From Candidatus Doudnabacteria bacterium (GTDB lineage: Bacteria; Patescibacteriota; Doudnabacteria; UBA920; O2-02-FULL-48-8): DNA of 64,000 nucleotides. Under the pieces are notes generated by a model. That model made no database searches and had not been told where the DNA came from. It saw only the letters and a program-made list of their open reading frames with translations. A program made the translations under genes and the position numbers. Numbering within the stretch: the first letter of the stretch is position 1; each line of letters opens with the position of its first letter. The stretch spans positions 26,047 to 90,046 of the forward strand of contig JAIFWV010000002.1 in the NCBI GenBank assembly GCA_019659055.1. The letters are read 5' to 3'. This document shows positions 54,760 to 63,304 of this stretch, piece after piece.

Positions 54760-55062
54760 CTATTCTATTATCTGATAAATTTCTCGTCGGCCTTCTACAT
54801 ACCAATCATTGTAGTTGGCCATTTCTTTCATAACTTCTTCGTCCATGTTTGGGTCTGGTTTCCCTGCCTTATAATCCTTCATGGTCTGCTCCCAGGCAGC
54901 CAGACTCTCTACTTCGGTCTCGATGACGACTGTGTGGTAAGGCCCAACCATATCGGTCATCACCCGCGCAGATTTATCGGACTTAAATGCTTTCTTCATG
55001 AGCTTGGCCATCTTGCCGGCATTCCCCGGCTTGGCCCTAAAAATTTCCCTAACTATGTACAT
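54760..55062 (-). CDS. hypothetical protein (100 aa)
   Basis: promoter TTGACAAGCCTTAGCAAT-..TAGTTT and SD-like ACAGGAG upstream. Confidence 0.45.
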   Translation of the reverse strand: MYIVREIFRAKPGNAGKMAKLMKKAFKSDKSARVMTDMVGPYHTVVIETEVESLAAWEQTMKDYKAGKPDPNMDEEVMKEMANYNDWYVEGRREIYQIIE

Positions 55063-55130
55063 ATATTTTCTCCTGTTAATTTAACTTTAAACTAGACCCA
55101 TTGCTAAGGCTTGTCAATTAGGCAAAATTA

Positions 55131-55157
55131 AACACCCGGGACGGGGTGTCGGGTGTT
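55131..55157. repeat. 27-nt hairpin repeat copy
   Basis: between methyltransferase stop and 54760..55062 promoter. Confidence 0.6.
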
Positions 55158-55175
55158 CCTTCTTAGGAAATATAG

Positions 55176-55796
55176 TTATTTTTCGGCAACTCCCCAAATA
55201 TGAGGCCAAGGTAACAAAAAAAGTTTTTCTTTACCCTCTGTGATCGAAACATTCTTGAATCCTGTGGCTTGTATATATTTCGCGGTTTCGCGATTTATAT
55301 TGCAATTTCCAGCATACAGCCTATGAAAAGGATTCGCGGCATTCTGATATAAACGTAACAGGCTCCCTCGAGGTGCGGCTACGTGCTCTATAAATAAATA
55401 TCGACCCCCGGGTTTGAGCACTCGGAATATCTCTGCCAGCACTTTCTTTTGATCTAATACTGAACAAAGCACAAAAGTGGCAATAACAGCATCGCAGCTA
55501 TCCGATTCCAAGGGCAATTGTTCTGCCTGGCTATTTTTTATTTCGATGTTCGTAAGACCTTGCCTCTGTGCTTCTTTGATTAGTTCCTGATTGATAACCT
55601 CGTTTGGCTCGATACCAATCCAGTGTATTTCTTTTGGAAAATATTTAAAGTTCGTCCCAGCACCGGGACCGATCTCCAATACCTTACCAGACAATTGCGA
55701 AAAATATTTCTGCTTGAAACCCAAACTACGAGCGTCTTCTTCCTCGTCTTTCCACTTTTTTTGCAATCGGGAATAGAAATTCTTGTATATGCTCAA
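55176..55796 (-). CDS. class I SAM-dependent methyltransferase
   Basis: VLEIGPGAGTNFKYF motif I, downstream acidic motif II (VIATFVLCSV), post-I motif. Confidence 0.75.
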   Translation of the reverse strand: MSIYKNFYSRLQKKWKDEEEDARSLGFKQKYFSQLSGKVLEIGPGAGTNFKYFPKEIHWIGIEPNEVINQELIKEAQRQGLTNIEIKNSQAEQLPLESDSCDAVIATFVLCSVLDQKKVLAEIFRVLKPGGRYLFIEHVAAPRGSLLRLYQNAANPFHRLYAGNCNINRETAKYIQATGFKNVSITEGKEKLFLLPWPHIWGVAEK

Positions 55797-55797
55797 G

Positions 55798-56124
55798 CTA
55801 AACCTTCTTGTAGATTACACTTTGGCCTGTCTTACCTATCTGCACGAGCTTGCTGCGCTTTTCCAATTCATCCAAATAACTCTCAGCGCTCGTATTAGAC
55901 ACATGTAGCAGATGCTCTACTTTGTCGTTGGTAATCTCTTCCCCGGGATTAAAAATCGCCAGGATCTGGTCCATGTGTTTCTGCCGCTCCTCTGCCCGAC
56001 GTTCATTGAGCTCATTGAATTCCTGTTTCTTCTCGAGCCTCACCTGCCCACCCTTCCGCCCAATCACAAATCCAACAACCCCTCCGACCACAAACCCTAT
56101 AAACATATAAATTAACGTGTTCAT
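55798..56124 (-). CDS. hypothetical membrane-anchored protein with possible winged-helix C-terminus
   Basis: N-terminal TM (IGFVVGGVVGFVIG), charged coiled region, C-terminal wHTH-like segment. Confidence 0.4.
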   Translation of the reverse strand: MNTLIYMFIGFVVGGVVGFVIGRKGGQVRLEKKQEFNELNERRAEERQKHMDQILAIFNPGEEITNDKVEHLLHVSNTSAESYLDELEKRSKLVQIGKTGQSVIYKKV

Positions 56125-56280
56125 ATTTTTTTAAAAAATAGCGGCTGGTGCCGCGTGTTTCCAATATAAAACTAAAAATTACCCCTGTCAAATCCTTTCA
56201 GGATTTCGGAATTACGCAACCACTTGACGACTTTAATTTTTTAACCTGTATGAAAGAATCCTCAGAAGTGGTTAGTTCCT

Positions 56281-58743
56281 TTATTTAAGCAATTCATATC
56301 GGAAAAGTTTAGGCTGTATTGCAGTTTCATAATATTTGGCTACTGTTGTCCTTAAACCAATTATTGCCGTATTTAACTGAGGATTATCGTAAATTATTTC
56401 ATCGTTTTCATTTTTATGATATGTATTAAGTTCGGTATCAATTTGGTAAGTACCATATTTATATTCTGGGTTATATCCTTTTGTTCTTTTAGCTTTCTTT
56501 AGAACATCTTTAAACAAGTATAATAATTCCTCTTCTTCTTTTGTGAGTTTATAAGCTTTCAAATAGTTACTCGCTATCGTTGAGCTATCAAAACAGAGTT
56601 CGTTCCTATAAAATCTCCCATCGCTCCCATGAAAGCTTCGACAATGATTACGTCGACTTAAACAGGTGAATATAAAACAGCTTTTCAGAAAATCCTTATC
56701 CTTCAGGTAACGATCTTTTCCATCAGCGGTAGTAAAAAATAAATCACGTTCAAACCAATTTTTTTGTGGATAAAGTTTGGCGGCAAAAAGCGGCAATTTA
56801 TCTATGAAATTGTCAGTGCGTAAATAGAAGCCATTTTTTCTAGCATTTAATGTTGTCCTCACCAATGCTTGCTTTGGAGCTCCCAATGTATAGCCAACCA
56901 AATATTCGTACCCTAGAATATTTTCATTGAATACTTTTTCAGTACTTGTTGCCCCCGTTCTCTCTGCTTCATTTCCACTACTATCACAGTAGATACCATC
57001 TAGGCTGTCATCATTGAATTTCCGCTTATCAAAGTAAAACTCGTTGAAAGTGGTGTGAACTTTTTTCACCAAGATATCTTTTACAAATAAGGTACGATCA
57101 TCTTCTTGTTGCGGAGTATTTTTCGTGTCTATGTCAAAAGCTTTAAGCGACAGCTCTTCTTTACTTTCTGGCAAATTTTGCCACAAAATACAACTAATTG
57201 CAGACTTAGAAGCATGGAAATGTTCTCGATTAAATAAAAACCCTTCTATAAATTGATGTTCCCCCAGGCCGTGTGATTTCCAATATTTTATCGGGGAGAA
57301 AAGAATGAAAGCATCATGGGGTTTTGTCAAATAATATTTCCAACCAGACCAGATAAATAAATTGGCAATATCCTTAGACGGGATCATGCCTTTTATTTTC
57401 GAAGTAAAAAACTTTTTAAATTCGTTCGCAATAAAACTATCTTTTTTAACATCTCGAGTTAAGCCTTCCAGTCTAACCTTATCAGCACTCGTATCACTAT
57501 ATGGTGGATTTTCATATAAAATAATATTTGTCTTTGGATCTTTGATATACCTTAAAAGTGTTGCGATACTGTCACTGTATTCTGAAGTCATTCCTAGTGA
57601 CTTTTGGCCTGTGACAAATTCTAAACTGAGTGCATCGCCTCCTTCCACCAAAGCTTTTCTACTGCTAACTTCTTGTGGTGGTGGAATAATTAGTTTGACT
57701 CGATCTCCAATTCTTTCATTCAAAACTACCCACTCTTTCAATTCATAAGTATTTACTATTGTATGGGATAACTCATTATCAAAAATGTAGTCGCGTATTT
57801 TTATTGTTGTCTCGTATTTCTTTATTTCCTTAAGAGTGATTTCGTTTATTTTCTTACTTGCCCTTCCAAGAATAATATCAATACCAATACCTGTACTAGA
57901 AATGTACTCTTTCTGAAAGCTTTCATCGATATATTTACTAAGCTCACCAATTGTGATATCGTCTACTTTTTTATCAGTCAGAAACTCTTCTAGATTTCCG
58001 GTTCCTGCACAACGATCAAGAATTATATAATCATGGCCTGTGGGTATCCTTTTAATAGCTTTTCGAACTAATCCCGTAGCTTTGAGACAATATGCAGGTG
58101 GAGTATAAAAAGCTCCAAGTTCTTTTTTATGTTGCTTATCATTAAGCAAGTCCATAATATATTTAAAATCTGGCTCATCTCCTTTCCATGGATATATAAA
58201 ATGTACGAAATGCTTAGGCTCACGGAATTCCTTAAACAGTTTAATTTTGCTGGCATCCGGATTTTCGCGATAAAATCTGTTAGCCCAGCCAACAACGTCG
58301 AATACATCAATGTGAACTTTCGTATAATCTTCTCTCTCTAAAATTTCTGTAATTCTTCTTAGCCCTAATAATTTACTGTAATCAATCTTTTCGGGTTGAA
58401 TTTTAGTGTTAAATTCAGTATTATTTCTGCTAGCTGCCCCAGCGTATATTTTTTCTATATCTTTTAAAAAGTCACCTGAACTAAAAAGGTAAGCATTCTC
58501 CTCATTTAGCGCGACCAACAATATTTGAGCTGGGATAGGATCACCCTTTATTCTGCGGTGACTTAAATATTTGATGGCTTGAAGCAGGACTCTATTAATA
58601 TCTGGTATAGTTAATTTAAACTCAAAAAGAGTACCTTTATATACACCATCGGTATTATTTGTAAGCTCGATATCGGTACTAATTTTCAAATCAGTAAAAA
58701 ATCTGACTTGGCCTTCACGTTCTGATAAGAATTTATTACTCAT
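56281..58743 (-). CDS. MmeI-like Type IIL/IIG restriction-modification enzyme (N-terminal PD-ExK nuclease + gamma-class N6-adenine DNA methyltransferase + C-terminal target-recognition region)
   Basis: 820 aa in A+T-rich DNA; D-x8-EFK near N-terminus; motif X GAFYTPPAY, motif I ILDRCAGTGN, motif IV ENPPYSD in gamma-class order. Confidence 0.65.
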   Translation of the reverse strand: MSNKFLSEREGQVRFFTDLKISTDIELTNNTDGVYKGTLFEFKLTIPDINRVLLQAIKYLSHRRIKGDPIPAQILLVALNEENAYLFSSGDFLKDIEKIYAGAASRNNTEFNTKIQPEKIDYSKLLGLRRITEILEREDYTKVHIDVFDVVGWANRFYRENPDASKIKLFKEFREPKHFVHFIYPWKGDEPDFKYIMDLLNDKQHKKELGAFYTPPAYCLKATGLVRKAIKRIPTGHDYIILDRCAGTGNLEEFLTDKKVDDITIGELSKYIDESFQKEYISSTGIGIDIILGRASKKINEITLKEIKKYETTIKIRDYIFDNELSHTIVNTYELKEWVVLNERIGDRVKLIIPPPQEVSSRKALVEGGDALSLEFVTGQKSLGMTSEYSDSIATLLRYIKDPKTNIILYENPPYSDTSADKVRLEGLTRDVKKDSFIANEFKKFFTSKIKGMIPSKDIANLFIWSGWKYYLTKPHDAFILFSPIKYWKSHGLGEHQFIEGFLFNREHFHASKSAISCILWQNLPESKEELSLKAFDIDTKNTPQQEDDRTLFVKDILVKKVHTTFNEFYFDKRKFNDDSLDGIYCDSSGNEAERTGATSTEKVFNENILGYEYLVGYTLGAPKQALVRTTLNARKNGFYLRTDNFIDKLPLFAAKLYPQKNWFERDLFFTTADGKDRYLKDKDFLKSCFIFTCLSRRNHCRSFHGSDGRFYRNELCFDSSTIASNYLKAYKLTKEEEELLYLFKDVLKKAKRTKGYNPEYKYGTYQIDTELNTYHKNENDEIIYDNPQLNTAIIGLRTTVAKYYETAIQPKLFRYELLK

Positions 58744-58900
58744 AGGATCTCATATTATTTAAAAGATATTCGGTATCCTAAGCATACCAAAAAGCCGCCT
58801 TTTTGGCGACTTCAGTGATTACGTAATAAAAAAGTACCTCAATTATTACACAGCTTGCTTCAAAAAGCAAAAAGTTCGTACTCCCTCTCAATGAACCAAA

Positions 58901-59362
58901 TTAAGCTTTATTTTTAGCTTCTTGGATAATAATATTTACTAAGTCATTCAGTAATATATATCCGTAAATAAAATTTAATAAAACTATTCCTGAGAATGGT
59001 AGTATATAATAATTTGATAATAATAATTCATTGCTTAATGTCTGTTTTATAAAAAAATTAATTAATAATAAATACAAAACAGTTATTAATATCAAATCAA
59101 GACCAAATTTAAACCTTTTCATCAAAGTGTGGAGTAAAGTCAGGCTTGGATTCTTGTTATCAATAGTTTTATACAGGTCAGATACATATTTTGACGTTAC
59201 AAAAATCGCTAGACTGGTAATATAAAACCCAAAAACAATCGAAAGAAAGATTATTACATTATCAACCACCTCTGTGTGTAACTTCATACCGCCATAAGTC
59301 CAGTATTGTAACAAACACATTATTAATAAAAATAGAACTACATAGATTTTCTTTTTATTCAT
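58901..59362 (-). CDS. hypothetical 4-TM membrane protein (153 aa), A+T-rich
   Basis: four hydrophobic helices; start overlaps upstream gene stop by 8 nt. Confidence 0.5.
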   Translation of the reverse strand: MNKKKIYVVLFLLIMCLLQYWTYGGMKLHTEVVDNVIIFLSIVFGFYITSLAIFVTSKYVSDLYKTIDNKNPSLTLLHTLMKRFKFGLDLILITVLYLLLINFFIKQTLSNELLLSNYYILPFSGIVLLNFIYGYILLNDLVNIIIQEAKNKA

Positions 59363-60167
59363 GAATTTTTTTGATTAATTCGGAGACCAATTCTTTATTA
59401 ATAAATTTTCCATTCTTTCTATTCATTGGTGCCAGCAATGTTATTTTACTAATTACTTCCTGAGTATTGAAAATGCTTTCAAAATCCTCTGAGGTGCGAC
59501 CTATCACCGTAATATTTTTATATTCTGTTTTATTTTTTATAATATCTTTCACTTTTTCATATAATTGTTTTCCGATCTTCTTCTTGTTTTTATAAACCAA
59601 CTTAATAATAGCCTCTGTCGCACCAAATCCAAAAATATCTTCCCTTAGTCTTGCAGGCAACCCTATGCTAGCGGAATTCAGTAAATCCGGTTCTACCGTA
59701 AAGCATATTTCTTTTATAGATTCTATCTTATCAATAAATTCGCGTTGAGCTATCAGAGGCTTGACGGCAATTTCCTTTTTTATTTTATCCTCAAGCCAGT
59801 TTATAAGAAAGCCCTTTTTTCTGAGATCTGAAATATAAATTCTAGAGGTCAGTAAGTCGACGAGCACATAAAATTGCTCATTTAATTCAACCTTGTCAAT
59901 TGATCTGGGATTGAGGCTCTCTTTGAGCTTAGAATCAATAACTTTCTCAGAATAAGGAAACTTATTACCTTCCTCAAAACAAAGTGCAATAAACCGTTCT
60001 GGAATATACTCCTTTTCAATTTTTTTAATATTGAGAAGATCTTCTCCGATTGTTTGCTTTTCAAAATTGGCTTCGTCGATAGCGGCAAAGTTAGCCAATT
60101 CGGGCTTTTTGCCACCGATTATTAGTTGAAAAATGGAAAATTGTATCTCTTTTAGATGCTTCTTCAT
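59355..60167 (-). CDS. hypothetical protein (270 aa), A+T-rich, no recognisable domain
   Basis: long ORF in ~30% GC DNA, Lys/Glu/Ile-rich; preceded by hairpin AAAGACGGC..GCCGTCTTT. Confidence 0.5.
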   Translation of the reverse strand: MKKHLKEIQFSIFQLIIGGKKPELANFAAIDEANFEKQTIGEDLLNIKKIEKEYIPERFIALCFEEGNKFPYSEKVIDSKLKESLNPRSIDKVELNEQFYVLVDLLTSRIYISDLRKKGFLINWLEDKIKKEIAVKPLIAQREFIDKIESIKEICFTVEPDLLNSASIGLPARLREDIFGFGATEAIIKLVYKNKKKIGKQLYEKVKDIIKNKTEYKNITVIGRTSEDFESIFNTQEVISKITLLAPMNRKNGKFINKELVSELIKKIHE

Positions 60168-60323
60168 GCCGTATTCTTAATAAAAAGACGGCAAAGAGCC
60201 GTCTTTTGTTTGATTCTATTATAAGACTCTAACAATAGCTTTGCAAGACCTTAGGATAAAATGATCTGCGGGTACAGCCATGGTCTATCAATAGGCAAAG
60301 ACACTTACGCCGCCTTTCTTAAT

Positions 60324-60554
60324 CTAACCTCGGGGAGGGTATGGGTCTTTCCCATAGGTCCACTCTGCCCTATACTGGCCATTTTGCCCTTGTATAAGGA
60401 TCTGTGAGAGTGCGCCTGCTGGAAATCGAGCCACATGTTGCTTAGCCAATTTTATGGCTTCGGCTTGCGTGGAGGTGATTTGCTCATAATTGCAATGTTC
60501 ACACCTAACTTTCCACTGAAAGCCATGTGAAAGAACATAGATCTTATTCCTCAT
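60324..60554 (-). CDS. DUF2188-family small protein
   Basis: 76 aa; HGFQWKV...TQAEAIKLAK...DPYPPRG C-terminal signature typical of DUF2188. Confidence 0.55.
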   Translation of the reverse strand: MRNKIYVLSHGFQWKVRCEHCNYEQITSTQAEAIKLAKQHVARFPAGALSQILIQGQNGQYRAEWTYGKDPYPPRG

Positions 60555-60834
60555 TGATTCGAATTTTCCGTCTTGTAGTCAGCCGACTCTGATTTATTCA
60601 AATTTAGTCTGGGTTTCGTACTCAGTAGATCTGCAGAATCTGTACCTCCACCGCAAATTTCCTTCTGAACTCCGTCCAAAATATTTGAAAAAGACATTAA
60701 TGACGCAAAAAGCGGCCCTGTTGGCCGCCTAACAAAAACAGTATGCGCCTCTCAAAAAAGGCTGTCAAATATTTCCGTAAGTGTTTGATGTTTTAAAAAA
60801 CAGGGTCTCAGAAGTTCTGAAACCCGAGTTTATA

Positions 60835-61092
60835 CTACCCGGTAAAGATTCCTTTCCCGGTTAAGATGGTGTGAATCGCCATCTCCAAGTTCACTGGCTC
60901 TGGCCAATGCTTCACGGGGTTGAGGCTGTGCCGCAGATGCACCACCAACATTCCGAGAGCAATGTCCTCACCTACGAGCGTCGCTGCCCTCCGGAACCCT
61001 TCCTCACCGTCGGTCGTGATGATCTTGGCCGCCCGCTGTATTTTGGAAAACTCCACTATGCCCTCCTTGATGATGACTTGTGAGTGTAACAA
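60835..61092 (-). CDS. hypothetical protein (85 aa)
   Basis: ORF with terminator hairpin GGTCTCAGAA..TTCTGAAACC + T6 at 60790-60825. Confidence 0.4.
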   Translation of the reverse strand: MLHSQVIIKEGIVEFSKIQRAAKIITTDGEEGFRRAATLVGEDIALGMLVVHLRHSLNPVKHWPEPVNLEMAIHTILTGKGIFTG

Positions 61093-61109
61093 ACTCGGGA
61101 GGGAACGTC

Positions 61110-61136
61110 AACACCCGAGACGGGGTCTCGGGTGTT
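61110..61136. repeat. 27-nt hairpin repeat copy (perfect 11-bp stem AACACCCGAGA/TCTCGGGTGTT)
   Basis: downstream of 61198 gene stop, followed by A-rich run. Confidence 0.6.
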
Positions 61137-61197
61137 AAAAATAAAAAAAGGCTGGGTGAGTTCCGTAAAGAACTACACCCAAGCCTTGTGCTTCGAT

Positions 61198-62763
61198 TTA
61201 CCAGCCGAAAGCGTGACGGTACCCGACTGACACGCTCTGTCTGAACCCTCGTGAGGTATTGGATTGCCCGACCACCGGCACCGAAGCGCTCCACCCGAGG
61301 TAAGCGCCTTTGTACCCAGCTTCGGCCGTATAGAACCCAACCATAGTGATCCCGTGCCCGAGCCCGAACGGATTGTTGTCCGTGCCGAGCGCGAACCGGT
61401 GCGCCAGTCGCAGGTCTTTCCCCAAGCCCGCCGAATGGTTGAACCCGGTTGCGAGCTTGAGTATGGTACCGACTGGGGGACTTGAGCCGTTGGTGCGGAA
61501 ATAATGCAACAACGTCGCACCCAATGGCAATTTACGTTTGCCGAGCTTCACCGAGCCCGATTTGGATCCTCCGAACTGGATGACGTCCCCGCCACGAATG
61601 AAAAATTTCGTGAGAGAAAAGTTCCAACCCGATCTGGCCCACCCAACCCCGAGATCTGACTCCATGTTGAATCCCAAACCAAACGAGTTCCAGGAATCCA
61701 CATAGAAATCACCCGCGGACGTCAAGCGCGTGTACCTCGCAAGCACCCGAGGTGCCGGCTTGGGCGCGAAGATCTCGCCTACTGCCATGCCATGGTACTT
61801 GTTCACACCCTCGAATGAAAGCGCAAACGAGTTCTTCGGCTTTTCCGGCGCATCGGACACCGACTGGTTTACAATCAGCGTATGTTCGCTGTCGCGCTTC
61901 TTCTGGTTGTCAGCCTTGCCGGACTGAGCCAACGCCATGTTGGGCACAGCCACGGTAAAGAAGAACGACACGGCCATGGCCACCTGGCGCATGAACAACC
62001 GGGCCAGTTCCTTGAATCCTTTAGGTGAAGGGAATCGCCAGAACATCACCGGCCAGCATGCGACCGCAAAGATTGCCTGGAGCGCAAACATGGCTCTGGG
62101 ACCGAAACCACGCAGCTGCGAAGGATCGATTTCTAATGCCAAAATGCCTGCCCAGAACATCATCGCGGCGCCAAGCATGGTCCAAAGGTACATCTGGCCC
62201 AAGAACAATGCCAGCGGAGCAAAGTCCCAATGCCAGACTTGCGGTTCGAAACTCTCGTACTCCCGAAGCTGTGGATCTGCTGCAGCCAGCTTTTCGTACT
62301 CCTGCTTCAGGCTGGGGCTATTCCAGTATGACCCTTCTTCGAAGTACCTCGTCAGCTCGACTTTGGCGTTCTGGATCTTCCTGAGCGCTGCCTTCGAGTC
62401 GTTGCGAGGAGTTGGCGGACCGCCAATGCCAGGCTTATCCAAGTATTGACCCTTGTTGACCGGCTCCCAATCCATGGCAACCGATTTCTCAAGCAGGGTC
62501 AGTTGGCGCATATGCTCTAGATGCTTCTGCGCCGTGTACGGAAACGATGGACCCATGGGGCCGCCGGAACTGCCCAGCTTTTTGGCCTCGCCCATGATGA
62601 TGTCGACTTGCGAGTCGGCGTAAGACGGCGCGATCGATGACATGATTCGGGAGTCCCTGGCCAACCAATGAGTCTTGTCCATGATGGCGCGGCTGGGAAT
62701 CAGCAACGCAAACATGGCGGCATACAGGACGTACGCCGTGACAGAGTAAACCTTCTTCTTCAT
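61198..62763 (-). CDS. hypothetical secreted/outer-membrane-like protein (signal peptide, internal TM-like stretch, C-terminal beta-rich domain ending ...RHAFGW)
   Basis: SD AAGGAGG before ATG at 62763 (MKKKVYS.. signal peptide); G+C-rich; aromatic C-terminal residue pattern like OMP barrels. Confidence 0.5.
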   Translation of the reverse strand: MKKKVYSVTAYVLYAAMFALLIPSRAIMDKTHWLARDSRIMSSIAPSYADSQVDIIMGEAKKLGSSGGPMGPSFPYTAQKHLEHMRQLTLLEKSVAMDWEPVNKGQYLDKPGIGGPPTPRNDSKAALRKIQNAKVELTRYFEEGSYWNSPSLKQEYEKLAAADPQLREYESFEPQVWHWDFAPLALFLGQMYLWTMLGAAMMFWAGILALEIDPSQLRGFGPRAMFALQAIFAVACWPVMFWRFPSPKGFKELARLFMRQVAMAVSFFFTVAVPNMALAQSGKADNQKKRDSEHTLIVNQSVSDAPEKPKNSFALSFEGVNKYHGMAVGEIFAPKPAPRVLARYTRLTSAGDFYVDSWNSFGLGFNMESDLGVGWARSGWNFSLTKFFIRGGDVIQFGGSKSGSVKLGKRKLPLGATLLHYFRTNGSSPPVGTILKLATGFNHSAGLGKDLRLAHRFALGTDNNPFGLGHGITMVGFYTAEAGYKGAYLGWSASVPVVGQSNTSRGFRQSVSVGYRHAFGW

Positions 62764-62918
62764 AACTTTCTGCCTCCTTGATTTTCGCGAATGTACGCAA
62801 CCGAAACTGAACTGCAAAGTATAACAAATTGCTGACGTTTCGTCAACCCGGTTAGCCCTCGGCTTATTTCCTACACGCTCTCACCTTTTATGTTAAACTG
62901 AATGCAAAGGGAGGAAGC

Positions 62919-63158
62919 ATGGAAAAAATATATGACTTGGTACTCTTCTGTCCCAACTGTCGTAAGTGTTTCAATCCGGGAGAAGTGGGAATGTCTCTGG
63001 CGGAAGATGTCTGCATGACGGGCAATTGCCCGAGTTGCGACACGTCCGTCTTTTCCCAAACGACAATCAAAAAACTCAAGGAGGATATCCAGGTTTACGT
63101 AAACGAACAGACGAAAAAACAACTCAGGTTGGTTGCAGTAAACGGCAGAGCGGTGTAG
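62919..63158 (+). CDS. zinc-ribbon small protein (79 aa)
   Basis: CPNCRKC ... CPSCDTS two CxxC pairs; SD GGGAGG. Confidence 0.5.
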   Translation: MEKIYDLVLFCPNCRKCFNPGEVGMSLAEDVCMTGNCPSCDTSVFSQTTIKKLKEDIQVYVNEQTKKQLRLVAVNGRAV

Positions 63159-63304
63159 CTATGCAGAGAACAAACTAAAACGCCTCATCTCCAAACGGAA
63201 TGAGGCGTTTCTATTTCTAACTATTTAGTGTCGGGCAAACCAGGAAGTAGAAATTTTTTGTTATTTTGTATGCAAAATAACAATCGGCGAAGCCGAAAAA
63301 ATTT

